A stretch of 64,000 bases of DNA from a virus (lineage: Duplodnaviria; Heunggongvirae; Uroviricota; Caudoviricetes). The notes below the pieces were generated by a model. It did not search any database. It was not told the DNA's origin and saw only the letters and a list, made by a program, of their open reading frames with translations. The stretch is from IMG/VR virus record IMGVR_UViG_3300024298_000005; one strand, written 5' to 3'. Positions 48,725 to 58,375 of the stretch are shown one piece after another. The number at the start of each line of letters is the position of its first letter. Position 1 is the first letter of the stretch. Both the position numbers and the translations under genes were made by a program.

Positions 48725-49276
48725 ATGAAAATTACAGAACTCCAGAACCTATACCGCGCAGGCCAGATCATCCGCAAGGCAGATCACGCAGACAAGTTGG
48801 ACATCCAATTGGATCCCACAATGACTCGCGAGCTGTTTCGACAAGAAGTTGGCCGTGTTTACTTCATCGTAGTCAACGGTGAAATCAAGAAGATTGGCGG
48901 CTCACAGGCCAAGGGCGGACTCAAGGGAACCTTAGGGGCCTACTTCACTGGTTTTGCCAAGGGCATGAGCGCCAGGACCTATTGCGTATGGAACTTCATG
49001 CGCCAGCAGATCGATCAAGGGCACACGGTTGAGATCTATGTTACATTTGCTCCCCTGGTTGAAGCAACCATTCCAGGTCCCCTGGGACATGTAACCGTAC
49101 ACATTCCTGTAGACTATCATACCATTGAGAAGAGCTACGTGGATCACTTCGTGCTGGTCGAGAGCAAGCATCCTTACTTGAACATGCAGGAAAGTGCGGG
49201 CCGTTGGGAAGATACGGGGCTTTTAGAAGGCTATCACGGGCTTTGGGTTCCACAACAAGAAACCCTAGCAGCCTAA
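48725..49276 (+). CDS. hypothetical protein
   Basis: 183-aa ORF. Confidence 0.5.
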   Translation: MKITELQNLYRAGQIIRKADHADKLDIQLDPTMTRELFRQEVGRVYFIVVNGEIKKIGGSQAKGGLKGTLGAYFTGFAKGMSARTYCVWNFMRQQIDQGHTVEIYVTFAPLVEATIPGPLGHVTVHIPVDYHTIEKSYVDHFVLVESKHPYLNMQESAGRWEDTGLLEGYHGLWVPQQETLAA

Positions 49277-49295
49277 GGGTTATTCAAAAAAGTGG

Positions 49296-49324
49296 TTGAC
49301 AACAGCCTCTAGATCGCATATAAT
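49296..49324 (+). promoter_or_regulatory. sigma70 promoter GGTTGACAACAGCC-N-TATAAT
   Basis: consensus. Confidence 0.55.
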
Positions 49325-49355
49325 ACAAGCTCAACAAACAACTTAGGAGCGAAAC

Positions 49356-49709
49356 ATGGAAGCACAAGCACGTGAGTATTTTGTCCGTCGTCTTAACGAA
49401 GTAGCACAAGAAAAAGTGCAGGCCAAAGCAGTAGAACTTTACGGCGCAAGTGGCCGTCCAGAACAGCCTACTTGGGGCATGGTGTTTGAGGGCATTAAAT
49501 CCGGCGAGATTACCCTTAAAGCAGACAAGGTGGACTATACGGGTCCTTACCTCAACCCTACGGACGTGGAGTGGCCTGCTATGGAAGCCAAAAAGGCAGA
49601 GCTGGAAGCATATCGCAAGTTGGTAGCCGCTGAGAAGCAACGGGCTATGGACGCTGTCTATTTGGACGAGAGCGCACAAGAAGCCCTTAAGGCTTTTGAA
49701 GCAATTTAA
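49356..49709 (+). CDS. hypothetical protein
   Basis: TAGGAGCG RBS. Confidence 0.5.
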   Translation: MEAQAREYFVRRLNEVAQEKVQAKAVELYGASGRPEQPTWGMVFEGIKSGEITLKADKVDYTGPYLNPTDVEWPAMEAKKAELEAYRKLVAAEKQRAMDAVYLDESAQEALKAFEAI

Positions 49710-49716
49710 ACAACAA

Positions 49717-49748
49717 AAGCCCTACACTCCGTAGGGCTTTTTCTTGAC
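49717..49748 (+). terminator. rho-independent terminator
   Basis: AAAGCCCTAC-ACTCC-GTAGGGCTTTTTCTT. Confidence 0.7.
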
Positions 49749-49772
49749 CTTTTGGCACTTTGGACATATAAT
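49744..49772 (+). promoter_or_regulatory. sigma70 promoter TTGACC-N17-TATAAT
   Basis: overlaps terminator T-tract. Confidence 0.5.
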
Positions 49773-49796
49773 ACACTTACACAGAAGGAGAAGTGT

Positions 49797-49979
49797 ATGA
49801 GAGTAGAAGTCAAAAGCCTATACAGAGTTCAATGCACAGAGTATGAAAGAGGCTATGGTCAAAGGGACATGGGTGTGGTGTTCTTTGACACAGAAGAAGA
49901 AGCCAAGCAGTTCTGCCTAGAATACGCCTCGGGTGATAGCGAATGCTACTTCCGAGCAAGCTACGAAAAGATCAACTAA
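49797..49979 (+). CDS. hypothetical protein
   Basis: AAGGAGAAG RBS before ATG 49797. Confidence 0.4.
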   Translation: MRVEVKSLYRVQCTEYERGYGQRDMGVVFFDTEEEAKQFCLEYASGDSECYFRASYEKIN

Positions 49980-49995
49980 TTCTAGAAAGCCTAAA

Positions 49996-50232
49996 ATGAA
50001 AAGCAAAGACACACAGATCTACAAGAACATTGGCTCTATCCAGGCAGTACAGGGTGACGAAGGCCGCTACTACTTCTACACTCACTTTGCTACAGGTAAC
50101 ACCTGCGACGAAGACACTATCAAAGGTGCCAAAGAGATGTTGGATTGGGAAGAAAAGAACCATCAAGAAGTACAGGCTGCGATCCGTGTGCTTCAGGGTC
50201 GAGGTTACAGAGTATTCAAAGAGGTTTGTTAA
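49996..50232 (+). CDS. hypothetical protein
   Basis: 78-aa ORF. Confidence 0.4.
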   Translation: MKSKDTQIYKNIGSIQAVQGDEGRYYFYTHFATGNTCDEDTIKGAKEMLDWEEKNHQEVQAAIRVLQGRGYRVFKEVC

Positions 50233-50471
50233 TGGGATGGGTAGTCTACGATGCTCGTACGGGGCACATGCAAAAGTATTACAAGCTGGCCCGTACAGCC
50301 AAGAGTATCGTCACGCAGCACAACACAGAACGAATCTATGAGGACTGGATCTATCGTCCTCAGAGCACTTGGGCCTGCTGCTCCTATGCAGACTACGAAG
50401 GGATCTTAATGGGTCTGCGTGGGGAAGCGTTTAAGATGTGGCAGTTTGTTAAGAATAACCCGCAGAGCTAA
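50232..50471 (+). CDS. hypothetical protein
   Basis: TAATG coupling. Confidence 0.4.
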   Translation: MGWVVYDARTGHMQKYYKLARTAKSIVTQHNTERIYEDWIYRPQSTWACCSYADYEGILMGLRGEAFKMWQFVKNNPQS

Positions 50472-50488
50472 AGGGTCTTTCTTTTTGG

Positions 50489-50518
50489 TTGACCTTTGGG
50501 CCTTTTGGTGCTATACTA
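50489..50518 (+). promoter_or_regulatory. sigma70 promoter TTGACC-N18-TATACT
   Basis: read directly. Confidence 0.45.
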
Positions 50519-50540
50519 TAGGTATAGTAAGGAGCGTGAA

Positions 50541-50789
50541 ATGATAACAGAAAAACAACGTGTTGTAAATGCCCTAAAGGGTTGGCAGTTCATCCGTGGA
50601 ACCCATGGTTGCTTGTATGATCGTGGCTCAGCAGATTCCTACTACGGCCGTCCACGTCAACCTCACTACGGTGGAGTGGGAGGCGATTCCGGCCGCCGAG
50701 TCTCGGTCAACGATGCTGCATCCGTGGCCGAATACTTGGCAGGCTACGACTACAACGAGCGTTATGGAGACAAAAAGAACTATGATTAA
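50541..50789 (+). CDS. hypothetical protein
   Basis: AAGGAGCG RBS. Confidence 0.4.
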   Translation: MITEKQRVVNALKGWQFIRGTHGCLYDRGSADSYYGRPRQPHYGGVGGDSGRRVSVNDAASVAEYLAGYDYNERYGDKKNYD

Positions 50790-51006
50790 TCATGGCCTAC
50801 AATGGCTGGGCACAGCCGCTCTGATCTCTATGTATATTGTGATGAGCTTCTTTCCTGAGCGATATCCGCTGAATATCCTCTTAGGATTACTGGGAGGTCT
50901 ATGCTATTTTGCGTGGTCGTATCGTGTGGCAAATAAGCCACAGATGATCGTTAACTTCGCAGGAATAGCCGTGTGTGCCGCAGGGTTATTTCGTTATTTT
51001 GATTGA
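50782..51006 (+). CDS. small membrane protein
   Basis: two TM helices; overlaps previous stop. Confidence 0.4.
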   Translation: MINHGLQWLGTAALISMYIVMSFFPERYPLNILLGLLGGLCYFAWSYRVANKPQMIVNFAGIAVCAAGLFRYFD

Positions 51007-51031
51007 CACTCAGGCACTTTGGCTATACAAT
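51004..51031 (+). promoter_or_regulatory. sigma70 promoter TTGACA-N16-TACAAT
   Basis: read directly. Confidence 0.45.
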
Positions 51032-51063
51032 TAACACATACGCTAAACAACTAGGAGCAGAAA

Positions 51064-51246
51064 ATGGTTACACAAGCACAGGCAATGTTTGTATTTGTAG
51101 TAGGACTACTAATCACAATGTTGGGCACAGGTGGTGTAGAAGCCAGCATCTCTAACCTAGAACTTCTACAAGGTCTAGCAGTGGCCATCACTGGCCTAGG
51201 CTGTATGGGCTGTGGTGTGCTCATGCTTAGGCAAGCCGAGGACTAA
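51064..51246 (+). CDS. small membrane protein
   Basis: TAGGAGCAG RBS; two TM helices. Confidence 0.4.
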   Translation: MVTQAQAMFVFVVGLLITMLGTGGVEASISNLELLQGLAVAITGLGCMGCGVLMLRQAED

Positions 51247-51247
51247 T

Positions 51248-51559
51248 ATGGAAGCCCTAGTTGAAACAACTGGGGGCCAGTTCCCCGCGCACACATATCT
51301 ACTAGACGGTACTACCCTAGTAGCCTATGTAAAGGTCAACGAAACTACGCCCGTCTATTTCAAAAGCGGTATCAAGGGCTTTGATAAGCGTGGTAGGCAG
51401 TTCGTTAAGGGTAACATCAACTTATTCAAAGTAAAGGCAACTAATGACACAAGATCTGTCCAAGGCTCAAAAGGCCAAGTCTACTCAGTCAACGACGCAG
51501 AGAAAACCTGTACCTGTCCAGGATTTACATTTAGAGGTACCTGCAAACACTTGGGCTAA
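51248..51559 (+). CDS. SWIM zinc-finger protein
   Basis: C-terminal CTCPGFTFRGTCKH (CxC-x10-CxH). Confidence 0.5.
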   Translation: MEALVETTGGQFPAHTYLLDGTTLVAYVKVNETTPVYFKSGIKGFDKRGRQFVKGNINLFKVKATNDTRSVQGSKGQVYSVNDAEKTCTCPGFTFRGTCKHLG

Positions 51560-51580
51560 CATGATAAAGGTATTGATGCA

Positions 51581-51808
51581 ATGAGCATACAACTACACGG
51601 ACTGACCCGCCAGCAGTATCAGATCGCTGACATGATCTGGAGCTGTGAATCACAAGAGGATGTTCAACGCTTGATCAATAACCTGCCCGCAGAGTATAAG
51701 AAGGACGCTGTGGTCATACACGATCTAATGATAGCAGCAGTCATGGACCAACATATGGAGATCACTGAAGATGTTCGTGCGCTTATTCATAGTATTGCTA
51801 GCCGCTAG
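51581..51808 (+). CDS. hypothetical protein
   Basis: 75-aa ORF. Confidence 0.4.
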   Translation: MSIQLHGLTRQQYQIADMIWSCESQEDVQRLINNLPAEYKKDAVVIHDLMIAAVMDQHMEITEDVRALIHSIASR

Positions 51809-52139
51809 CTTAACAGCCTGCACAGCCTTTAGGGATCCACGTGATGCTGCGTGGGATCCTAGGCAGGATCAAGGTCGTTACCTTCACGAACAGATTCCAA
51901 ATTGGCAGCATGAAGCCCTCAGAGTCTGTGGTGGTGGTGACCGAGTGAGGAGACCTGGTATGACCGATCGGTGTTGATGGTCGGTCGGTGGTCGGTGGTG
52001 AGGGGTAACATATGTTAGTAAGTACTAACAAGCTAGTAAGGGGTAGCAAATCACCACCCTGAAAAGAAAAGTACTGCCCTTAAAAATTTTGCGCGGCCAA
52101 TTTTTTCCCCTGTAGACCCATTTTGCTGTAAATACACTC

Positions 52140-52304
52140 ATGAAAGATCAAATTGAACGTAACGGGCGACTCTATGAGTACTCAGCCACTGACGATTGTT
52201 GGTATCCTGTGCCCACTGAAGACCAGTATGATTTTCAACGTTTTGTTATTTTTATCAGCACAATTCTAGTTATTTGTTATCTAGCCTATGCAACACTCAC
52301 ATAA
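52140..52304 (+). CDS. small hypothetical protein (54 aa)
   Basis: hand translated; weak support. Confidence 0.25.
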   Translation: MKDQIERNGRLYEYSATDDCWYPVPTEDQYDFQRFVIFISTILVICYLAYATLT

Positions 52305-52448
52305 TTATATTGGCCCACATTGGCGTAGTAGTCTGCCATTTTACCCATGGACCATACTTGCTCGTAGGCCCGAATTTGTCGCTGATCCCTTGTTGAATCA
52401 AAAGAGCTCATGGGAGTTCAAGCCCGATCCTGTTATACATCCTAAACT

Positions 52449-52646
52449 ATGATAGAATACGCTGTACTCACACGGGATCCTGATTTTTTGAAGTTTGCGG
52501 AATTTATACAAGCACACAATCTCAGCCACGAAATACATCTTAATCGTACTCGTGTACACCTAGTTGAAAACTCTAGTCTACACCTAGAGTTTTTATTGAG
52601 ATTTCCCAGTGCTTTTCCCATAACCACTTTCACGGAGTCGCTATGA
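52449..52646 (+). CDS. hypothetical protein
   Basis: 65-aa ORF. Confidence 0.3.
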   Translation: MIEYAVLTRDPDFLKFAEFIQAHNLSHEIHLNRTRVHLVENSSLHLEFLLRFPSAFPITTFTESL

Positions 52647-53197
52647 CTGAACCTAGAATAATACCTAATTTATTAGGCCCCAGCACATTTGAATATGCAC
52701 AATCACGTTTTACGGATCTAGGCATACACTGGTACTACATGCCCGTGACCAGCTGTGAAAAAGATCAAATGCAGTATGCAGGCAGCTTTAGTCATTTGAT
52801 CTATAAAAATGGAGAACCCATTAGTCCCTTATGGGATCTTAGTCTACAGATACTCTTAGCTGCCTGTGATCATCACGGTGAACGACTAGCAGAAATTGCT
52901 CGTGTTAGACTGGGCTTTTGTACTCGTACACCCTATGCTGTGGAGCATACACCGCATCAAGATTTTCAAGGACCGCATCGTACGGGCATATATTACCCTA
53001 TTACCGCTGACGGCCCTACTACTATCTACGCAGAGAAAACAGAACAACTTGATGGTGCGTATACTCTGTTGGCTAGTCAACAGCCTAGGGCTAACCTTTG
53101 GATGGACTTTGACGGCGAACATTTTCACAGCAGCACTACTCCCGTAGATCACGAAAATCGCTTGGTTTTGACCCTAAACTACAGAATACAAGAATAA
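52643..53197 (+). CDS. hypothetical protein (possible 2OG-Fe(II) oxygenase-like, HxD...H)
   Basis: HQD ... H spacing only; weak. Confidence 0.4.
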   Translation: MTEPRIIPNLLGPSTFEYAQSRFTDLGIHWYYMPVTSCEKDQMQYAGSFSHLIYKNGEPISPLWDLSLQILLAACDHHGERLAEIARVRLGFCTRTPYAVEHTPHQDFQGPHRTGIYYPITADGPTTIYAEKTEQLDGAYTLLASQQPRANLWMDFDGEHFHSSTTPVDHENRLVLTLNYRIQE

Positions 53198-53214
53198 TGT
53201 CGTAAATACAAGAT

Positions 53215-53439
53215 ATGCTTCTAGTGTATCTTGAACCTTTTGTTCGTGAGCAAGAGGACCTACTACAATCCTGGCGGGATCTAGTACACTATTGGCCTCG
53301 TAGTTATGCGCACACAGATGCTTATAACTCTGCTATACCTACAGATTGGTGGCTCTTGTTTAGGGATGCTCGTTACTCTAGTATATGGTTGATCAAATAC
53401 CCTGAACACTCAAGAATTATGCTGACCTTATTCGACTAA
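53215..53439 (+). CDS. hypothetical protein
   Basis: 74-aa ORF. Confidence 0.35.
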   Translation: MLLVYLEPFVREQEDLLQSWRDLVHYWPRSYAHTDAYNSAIPTDWWLLFRDARYSSIWLIKYPEHSRIMLTLFD

Positions 53440-53522
53440 AAAATCTTGCGCTTGGCGCTTCGCGCTAAAAAATTGCGCTGCGGCTTCGCCGATCTTGATA
53501 AATATTCGAAACAGGAGCAATC

Positions 53523-53729
53523 ATGCCACAGGCCTATAAAATCATGGCACGTAACACTAGAACAGGTGTCAGAATACAAAAACAATTTCTAGATGGAGCC
53601 ACCGTCACAAACTATGATATGGCTCTAGAACACGCTCAAGATCTAGCTCAGCGTCAAAGTTCACGCAGTCGCGAAACTTGGGTGGGCGAAGTAGAAATCT
53701 ACACCGTGGGCAACAAGCCCGGTCAGTGA
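53523..53729 (+). CDS. hypothetical protein
   Basis: AGGAGCAATC ATG. Confidence 0.4.
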   Translation: MPQAYKIMARNTRTGVRIQKQFLDGATVTNYDMALEHAQDLAQRQSSRSRETWVGEVEIYTVGNKPGQ

Positions 53730-54157
53730 TACATATAGTTCACTGAATCTTCATTTTCCCTAAATGTCTCGGCCCCGTTTTTATGATGAAAACGTCGGGC
53801 CATTTCTGTCTTTGGACTTAGAGTAACAAAGGTCTTGACTTCGGGGCTGTTTTCTTTGATGTCTGCCTGTGCTTGTGTGATCAACTCACGACCTGCACCT
53901 GCGGCATAGCTCCAAATGGTATAGAACACAGCAGTGGTAGAGTTTACTGCTAGATTGGCTAGATCATCAACATTCTTAGGAATGTCTGCTAGAAACTTAA
54001 CACAGGTCACAGCCAAAGGACGGTTTTCTTCATCTTTGAGTACATAGACCTTGCCGTGTTCGTCAACTCGAAAGTCCGCAGGAATTTCTGGACGCACAGG
54101 ATCGTCTTTGAGTAGGCTCAATAGTTCTTCGTTGATGGTGGTGATTTTTTCTAGCAT
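53723..54157 (-). CDS. GNAT-like acetyltransferase (tentative)
   Basis: AAGAGRELI resembles GNAT motif A (R/Q-x-x-G-x-G/A). Confidence 0.4.
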   Translation of the reverse strand: MLEKITTINEELLSLLKDDPVRPEIPADFRVDEHGKVYVLKDEENRPLAVTCVKFLADIPKNVDDLANLAVNSTTAVFYTIWSYAAGAGRELITQAQADIKENSPEVKTFVTLSPKTEMARRFHHKNGAETFRENEDSVNYMYH

Positions 54158-54212
54158 GATGTTAATGATTATATAACATTACTTATCATCTTGTCAATAA
54201 AACTAGCAGATA

Positions 54213-55106
54213 ATGTTTTACCAGATAAGTATGCTTATGACAGAACCGAGATTATTCATTACCGGCGATAGCTTTGCCATATTTCCCAAAGATCCTGATC
54301 CAGTGAAAAATTGGGGACTGCTCTTAGCTGACCTGTTGGGTCAGGAATTAGGACAGACCCTACAGGTGGTCAATAACAGCCTTATGGGCTGTGCTCAAGA
54401 TTGGAATTGGCTGAGTCTTCAAAATTGGTACGAACATACAATCACAGAACATGACTATGTGGTCATAGCTCTAACTCATCCTAGCCGTCAGTGGTTCTTT
54501 GAAAACAGCCCTGAAATTGCCAATGCTAATCTAATTGATCTAGATCGTTGGGTCACTCGAGAGCAGGCCAAGACCGTAGAGCTGTTTATCAAATACATGC
54601 AACGTCCTAGTTTAGATCTAATAGCAGTTCAAAATCGTTTGGCCTATTTGGCCTATATGACTAGACTTAAGGGTCTAAGGCCGCCTGTGATTATGAAATG
54701 TTTTACACAGGAATTTGGACAGGCCAATACGTGGCCAGATCTTAAGATTGCTCAGGGTGATCTAATGAACATACAACGTTATGAGTTTGAGGACATAGAC
54801 ATAGATATTCGTTCGGATTTTTGGAAAGGACTAGACAGCAGGTACAATCATCTGTGTAGATCCAATCACACCATCCTAGCTCAAAAGGTCTTTGACACCC
54901 TAACCAAAGGCGCAGAGTTAGATCTTACCACAGGGTTTATTCAAGGTCTGCTTAAAAACAATACTCTTGATGACCTAGACTTTGTTCAACGAGAATTGGA
55001 TTATCCTACGTTTCTAAAAAATCGTGAAAAGCTCAAAAAGAGCCGTGGTCCAATACTGCCGTGGAAAACCAGAGTTAATATCCAAACCGGACAGGATGAT
55101 GCTTGA
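54213..55106 (+). CDS. SGNH/GDSL-family hydrolase
   Basis: N-terminal FITGDSFA block-I motif. Confidence 0.55.
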   Translation: MFYQISMLMTEPRLFITGDSFAIFPKDPDPVKNWGLLLADLLGQELGQTLQVVNNSLMGCAQDWNWLSLQNWYEHTITEHDYVVIALTHPSRQWFFENSPEIANANLIDLDRWVTREQAKTVELFIKYMQRPSLDLIAVQNRLAYLAYMTRLKGLRPPVIMKCFTQEFGQANTWPDLKIAQGDLMNIQRYEFEDIDIDIRSDFWKGLDSRYNHLCRSNHTILAQKVFDTLTKGAELDLTTGFIQGLLKNNTLDDLDFVQRELDYPTFLKNREKLKKSRGPILPWKTRVNIQTGQDDA

Positions 55107-55132
55107 CACCTGCTGTTAATCTTAGTATAATA
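55104..55132 (+). promoter_or_regulatory. sigma70 promoter TTGACA-N17-TATAATAc
   Basis: consensus, same extended form as early-region promoters. Confidence 0.55.
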
Positions 55133-55151
55133 CATAGACAAGGAGACCACA

Positions 55152-55832
55152 ATGTTTGATTCAATTACAACTTATCGTTCAGCTGAAGCTATCAATAGTG
55201 CCATGGCCAGTGTTTATAAACACATGGGTCTAGCAGTATTGACCAGTATGATCGTTTCATTGTTTGTAGGAACCAATCCTGCACTATTGGCCTTTTTCTT
55301 TACAGGCTTTATAAAATGGATTGTTATATTTGCACCGCTGGTAGCTATTATTGCTCTTAGTATGAATATGGATTCTATGAGCAAGGGCACAGCACAACTA
55401 GCTCTACATGGCTTTGCCGCGCTAATGGGCTTGAGCTTTGCTACTATCTTTGCTGTCTACACTATGGGCAGTATTTTTTCAGCTTTTATGAGTGCCGCAG
55501 TATTGTTTGGCGTTATGAGCTTTTATGGTTATTTTACCAAGAAGAGTTTAGATAGCCTAGGCCAGTTTATGTTCATAGGCCTAATTGCCATTATCATTGC
55601 TAGTCTAATCAATATCTTTATTGGCAGCACCTTAATGCAAATGGTTATTTCGGCTATTGCTGTTATTATCTTTCTAGGCCTTACTGCCTACGACACACAA
55701 AAGATTCGAGAAATGGTCAGCTATGATACAGCGGAAGGCAATGCTGAAATTGTTGGCGCACTAACTCTGTATCTTGATTTTATTAATCTTTTCCTAAATC
55801 TTCTACAACTATTTGGCGGTAGAAAAGATTGA
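55152..55832 (+). CDS. Bax-inhibitor-1/YccA-family membrane protein
   Basis: seven hydrophobic segments; C-terminal YLDFINLFLNLLQLFGG like YccA tail. Confidence 0.65.
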   Translation: MFDSITTYRSAEAINSAMASVYKHMGLAVLTSMIVSLFVGTNPALLAFFFTGFIKWIVIFAPLVAIIALSMNMDSMSKGTAQLALHGFAALMGLSFATIFAVYTMGSIFSAFMSAAVLFGVMSFYGYFTKKSLDSLGQFMFIGLIAIIIASLINIFIGSTLMQMVISAIAVIIFLGLTAYDTQKIREMVSYDTAEGNAEIVGALTLYLDFINLFLNLLQLFGGRKD

Positions 55833-56392
55833 ACGAATATGTTTTATTCCCTACAATAGTTAGGGAATACGATTTCAGCAAGGACCCAGATTTTCATGTC
55901 CTTGCTGATTTTGTTTCTAAACAAAAAACAGAACCACATAGACTAGTAGGCTGGGCAGAAAGCAGTTACGGTGTAGGCCGTAGTCTTTTTGATAATTTTA
56001 TTCTCAAAGGCATACGACAAAAACTACAGGCCGCTGTTGATGCATATATCATTGAACTTGGTATAGCACCAGTTAAAATAACCAATAGTTGGTTTAATAA
56101 ACTAGGTCAACATCAACGTGTAGAAACTCATAGACATGAATTAAGTGTTGTGTCAGGAGCATTCTATGTTCATGCAGATCCCGGTAGTGTGGGACTAAAA
56201 TTATTCAGTCCTTTGGCACAACTTCGTATGTACGAACAGATTGTAAATCACAATGCTGTTAATGCTAATTTTATTGAAATGGAATGTTGTACAGGTCAGC
56301 TAATTTTATTTCCTAGCTGGATAGAACACGGAACCGATAATAATCAAACCGATAGTAGAATTACGGTTAGTTTTAATACAGAATATTGTTAG
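55829..56392 (+). CDS. 2OG-Fe(II) oxygenase superfamily protein (TIGR02466-like)
   Basis: HRHE ... ILFPSWIEHG; paralog. Confidence 0.65.
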   Translation: MNEYVLFPTIVREYDFSKDPDFHVLADFVSKQKTEPHRLVGWAESSYGVGRSLFDNFILKGIRQKLQAAVDAYIIELGIAPVKITNSWFNKLGQHQRVETHRHELSVVSGAFYVHADPGSVGLKLFSPLAQLRMYEQIVNHNAVNANFIEMECCTGQLILFPSWIEHGTDNNQTDSRITVSFNTEYC

Positions 56393-57083
56393 TCTGTTCT
56401 AGACTAAGTTCTTGATCTTCTAATTCACGAATCTTTTCAGTAATCTCGTCAATAAGACCTAGGTTACGTAGAATCTTAAAAACTAGATTTTCCACAGACC
56501 ATTCTCCGGCACGCTCAAGTCCGGCCTTTCTCATAGTAGTAATTTTTTCTTTTACTGCTCTAAGTTTTTCTAGATCCTTAGAAACCATCGCTTCTTCAAT
56601 GGCTTTCATTATACCATCTTTCTTTGCTTCCACGGCAGCATCGTCTACTTCCGGCTTGACCTTCTTTGGTTCTACCAGCCATTGACCTTTAGCTATGCTA
56701 TACACTCCTGTGCTGTGGTGCGGCTCATCTTCTCCTTGAACATAACATTCAACTGGAAGACCTTTGATAGTGATAGTGTGTTGTTCTGCCCAAAGTGCCT
56801 TTTTGGCGCTGTATAATTCTCGTTCGTCGTCCGTTGGAGAACCTTTGACAATGACATGAAGATCTAGGTCAGAATGTTTAGTCCAGGTATAATTTGCATT
56901 AGATCCTGTTATGGTATAATCAACAATATCTAGATCCACTCCAACAAAATCTACAAAGGCTTTGGCAATGTCCATTAGTTTGGCTTCAACTTCTAGATCT
57001 AATGAATCACCGTCCCATATTCTAGGATTTAATCTTTTATTGACCGTAACAACAGAAGATGCTGTAAACTCACGTAACTTCAT
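56373..57083 (-). CDS. hypothetical protein (possible minimal nucleotidyltransferase fold)
   Basis: ITGS-x10-DLDLHV resembles hG[GS]...DhD. Confidence 0.4.
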   Translation of the reverse strand: MKLREFTASSVVTVNKRLNPRIWDGDSLDLEVEAKLMDIAKAFVDFVGVDLDIVDYTITGSNANYTWTKHSDLDLHVIVKGSPTDDERELYSAKKALWAEQHTITIKGLPVECYVQGEDEPHHSTGVYSIAKGQWLVEPKKVKPEVDDAAVEAKKDGIMKAIEEAMVSKDLEKLRAVKEKITTMRKAGLERAGEWSVENLVFKILRNLGLIDEITEKIRELEDQELSLEQTNNILY

Positions 57084-57494
57084 TTAAACTCCAAATCGAT
57101 TACGTTTTTTTGTTGCAACAGGACTGCTCTTATTGACGTCTTTGGTTTCATGACTACCTGTTGATGTAATTTGTTTTTTAGCACTAGAACTTAAACCAAT
57201 TTGATTTAATGCATCATCAATAATATCTTTGGTTGTGTTAGTATAACTAATAACAATAGCGTTTTCACCCCAAGGACTTTTTGCTTGAAACGTATCTCTT
57301 TTAATAACGTCGTCTTTGGCTTTATTTGCTCGAGCATTTGCTAAAGCAACACCAAATCGGTATTGCTTATATGGGTCTTGATTAGGTAGAGCAGGAATAA
57401 CAAATGCGCTTGGAATCGCTTCCGCGACATCGTCTTCCATGCCATTCTCTCTAGACTCTTGAATAAATTCTTTAGCTCTCATTAGCAGTTCCAA
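57084..57494 (-). CDS. hypothetical protein
   Basis: 136-aa ORF. Confidence 0.45.
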   Translation of the reverse strand: MELLMRAKEFIQESRENGMEDDVAEAIPSAFVIPALPNQDPYKQYRFGVALANARANKAKDDVIKRDTFQAKSPWGENAIVISYTNTTKDIIDDALNQIGLSSSAKKQITSTGSHETKDVNKSSPVATKKRNRFGV

Positions 57495-58108
57495 CGTCTA
57501 CGTGCTTTACAGATTGCCTTATCTGGAGTTTTCGAACAATCAATGTGATGCATTTTCTTTTGACCGGCTGATCTTGAGCAATAGCTCTTACGACGTTTGC
57601 TGGCCTTAGAACCTTTTTTAAGTTTACTTGGTTTGGTAGTTACAGCAGTTTTTAATTTGCTGCCTGGATGTTCTCTACGATAAGCATTAACAGCTTTTTT
57701 GCTCATGCCATCGGTTTTGTCTTTCTTGTTGACTTTTTGCCAATCTTCTAATACAGGTTGTGTAACTGCAAACACATATAATTCGTCATCAGTTAGAGAT
57801 TCTAAATCTTCCCATACTAGATCAACATCAACTTGATTATGTTCTGCAATTCTAGAAATGATAGATTCGATTAAATCAAATTCTTGTTCTAGACTTTCAT
57901 TTTTAGGTTTTTTGCCTTGCTTTTTCATATTGACAGCAATAGCTGCCTGTTGTGCCGGGCTACCTGCTTCATCGACACTTTCGTTAGGAACGCAATTATT
58001 AACACGAACACCACCTTTAATTTTGGTGCCCTCTTTGTGCTTGCCTTTCCAACATTTAGCGTCTAAACGTTGTTTTATAGCTTCTGTAATAAATTCTTGT
58101 GCTCGCAT
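57482..58108 (-). CDS. hypothetical Lys-rich protein
   Basis: 208-aa ORF. Confidence 0.45.
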   Translation of the reverse strand: MRAQEFITEAIKQRLDAKCWKGKHKEGTKIKGGVRVNNCVPNESVDEAGSPAQQAAIAVNMKKQGKKPKNESLEQEFDLIESIISRIAEHNQVDVDLVWEDLESLTDDELYVFAVTQPVLEDWQKVNKKDKTDGMSKKAVNAYRREHPGSKLKTAVTTKPSKLKKGSKASKRRKSYCSRSAGQKKMHHIDCSKTPDKAICKARRRWNC

Positions 58109-58129
58109 AGTGTAAATCCGATTAATACA

Positions 58130-58375
58130 CTATTTAGCCCATCTTAGGTGATACTCTACTTCTATTTTAGAATCGTAAAATTCTACTACAAGTGCAAGAT
58201 TTTCAGCTATTTTTTCAACAACTAATTGACACTTTGTTTTGGGCTGAGCTAAAATCCATTCTAAATGATCTACACCAATCAGCTTTTGTATTTTAGGCCA
58301 ATCTATATCAATGTTGCCAACAACTTCAATATCTGGGGACGACCACTCTGCTAGAGTAACTTTAGTATGTTTCAT
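58130..58375 (-). CDS. hypothetical protein
   Basis: 81-aa ORF. Confidence 0.4.
   Translation of the reverse strand: MKHTKVTLAEWSSPDIEVVGNIDIDWPKIQKLIGVDHLEWILAQPKTKCQLVVEKIAENLALVVEFYDSKIEVEYHLRWAK

Noticed and set aside
50596-51006. 136-aa ORF-track entry spanning two genes
   Set aside because: The upstream part overlaps 50541-50789 in another frame. Only the 3' part from ATG 50782 is a plausible small membrane protein.
51960-52010. Short tandem GGTCGGT(C)GGTGG repeats, considered as a possible CRISPR or VNTR
   Set aside because: There are only 3 imperfect 7-8-nt copies. No spacer-repeat architecture and no cas genes are present.
52300-52440. GTTCAAGCCCGATCC resembling a tRNA T-arm
   Set aside because: I could not fold a cloverleaf with complementary acceptor and T stems. 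It is likely a chance match or a decayed fragment.
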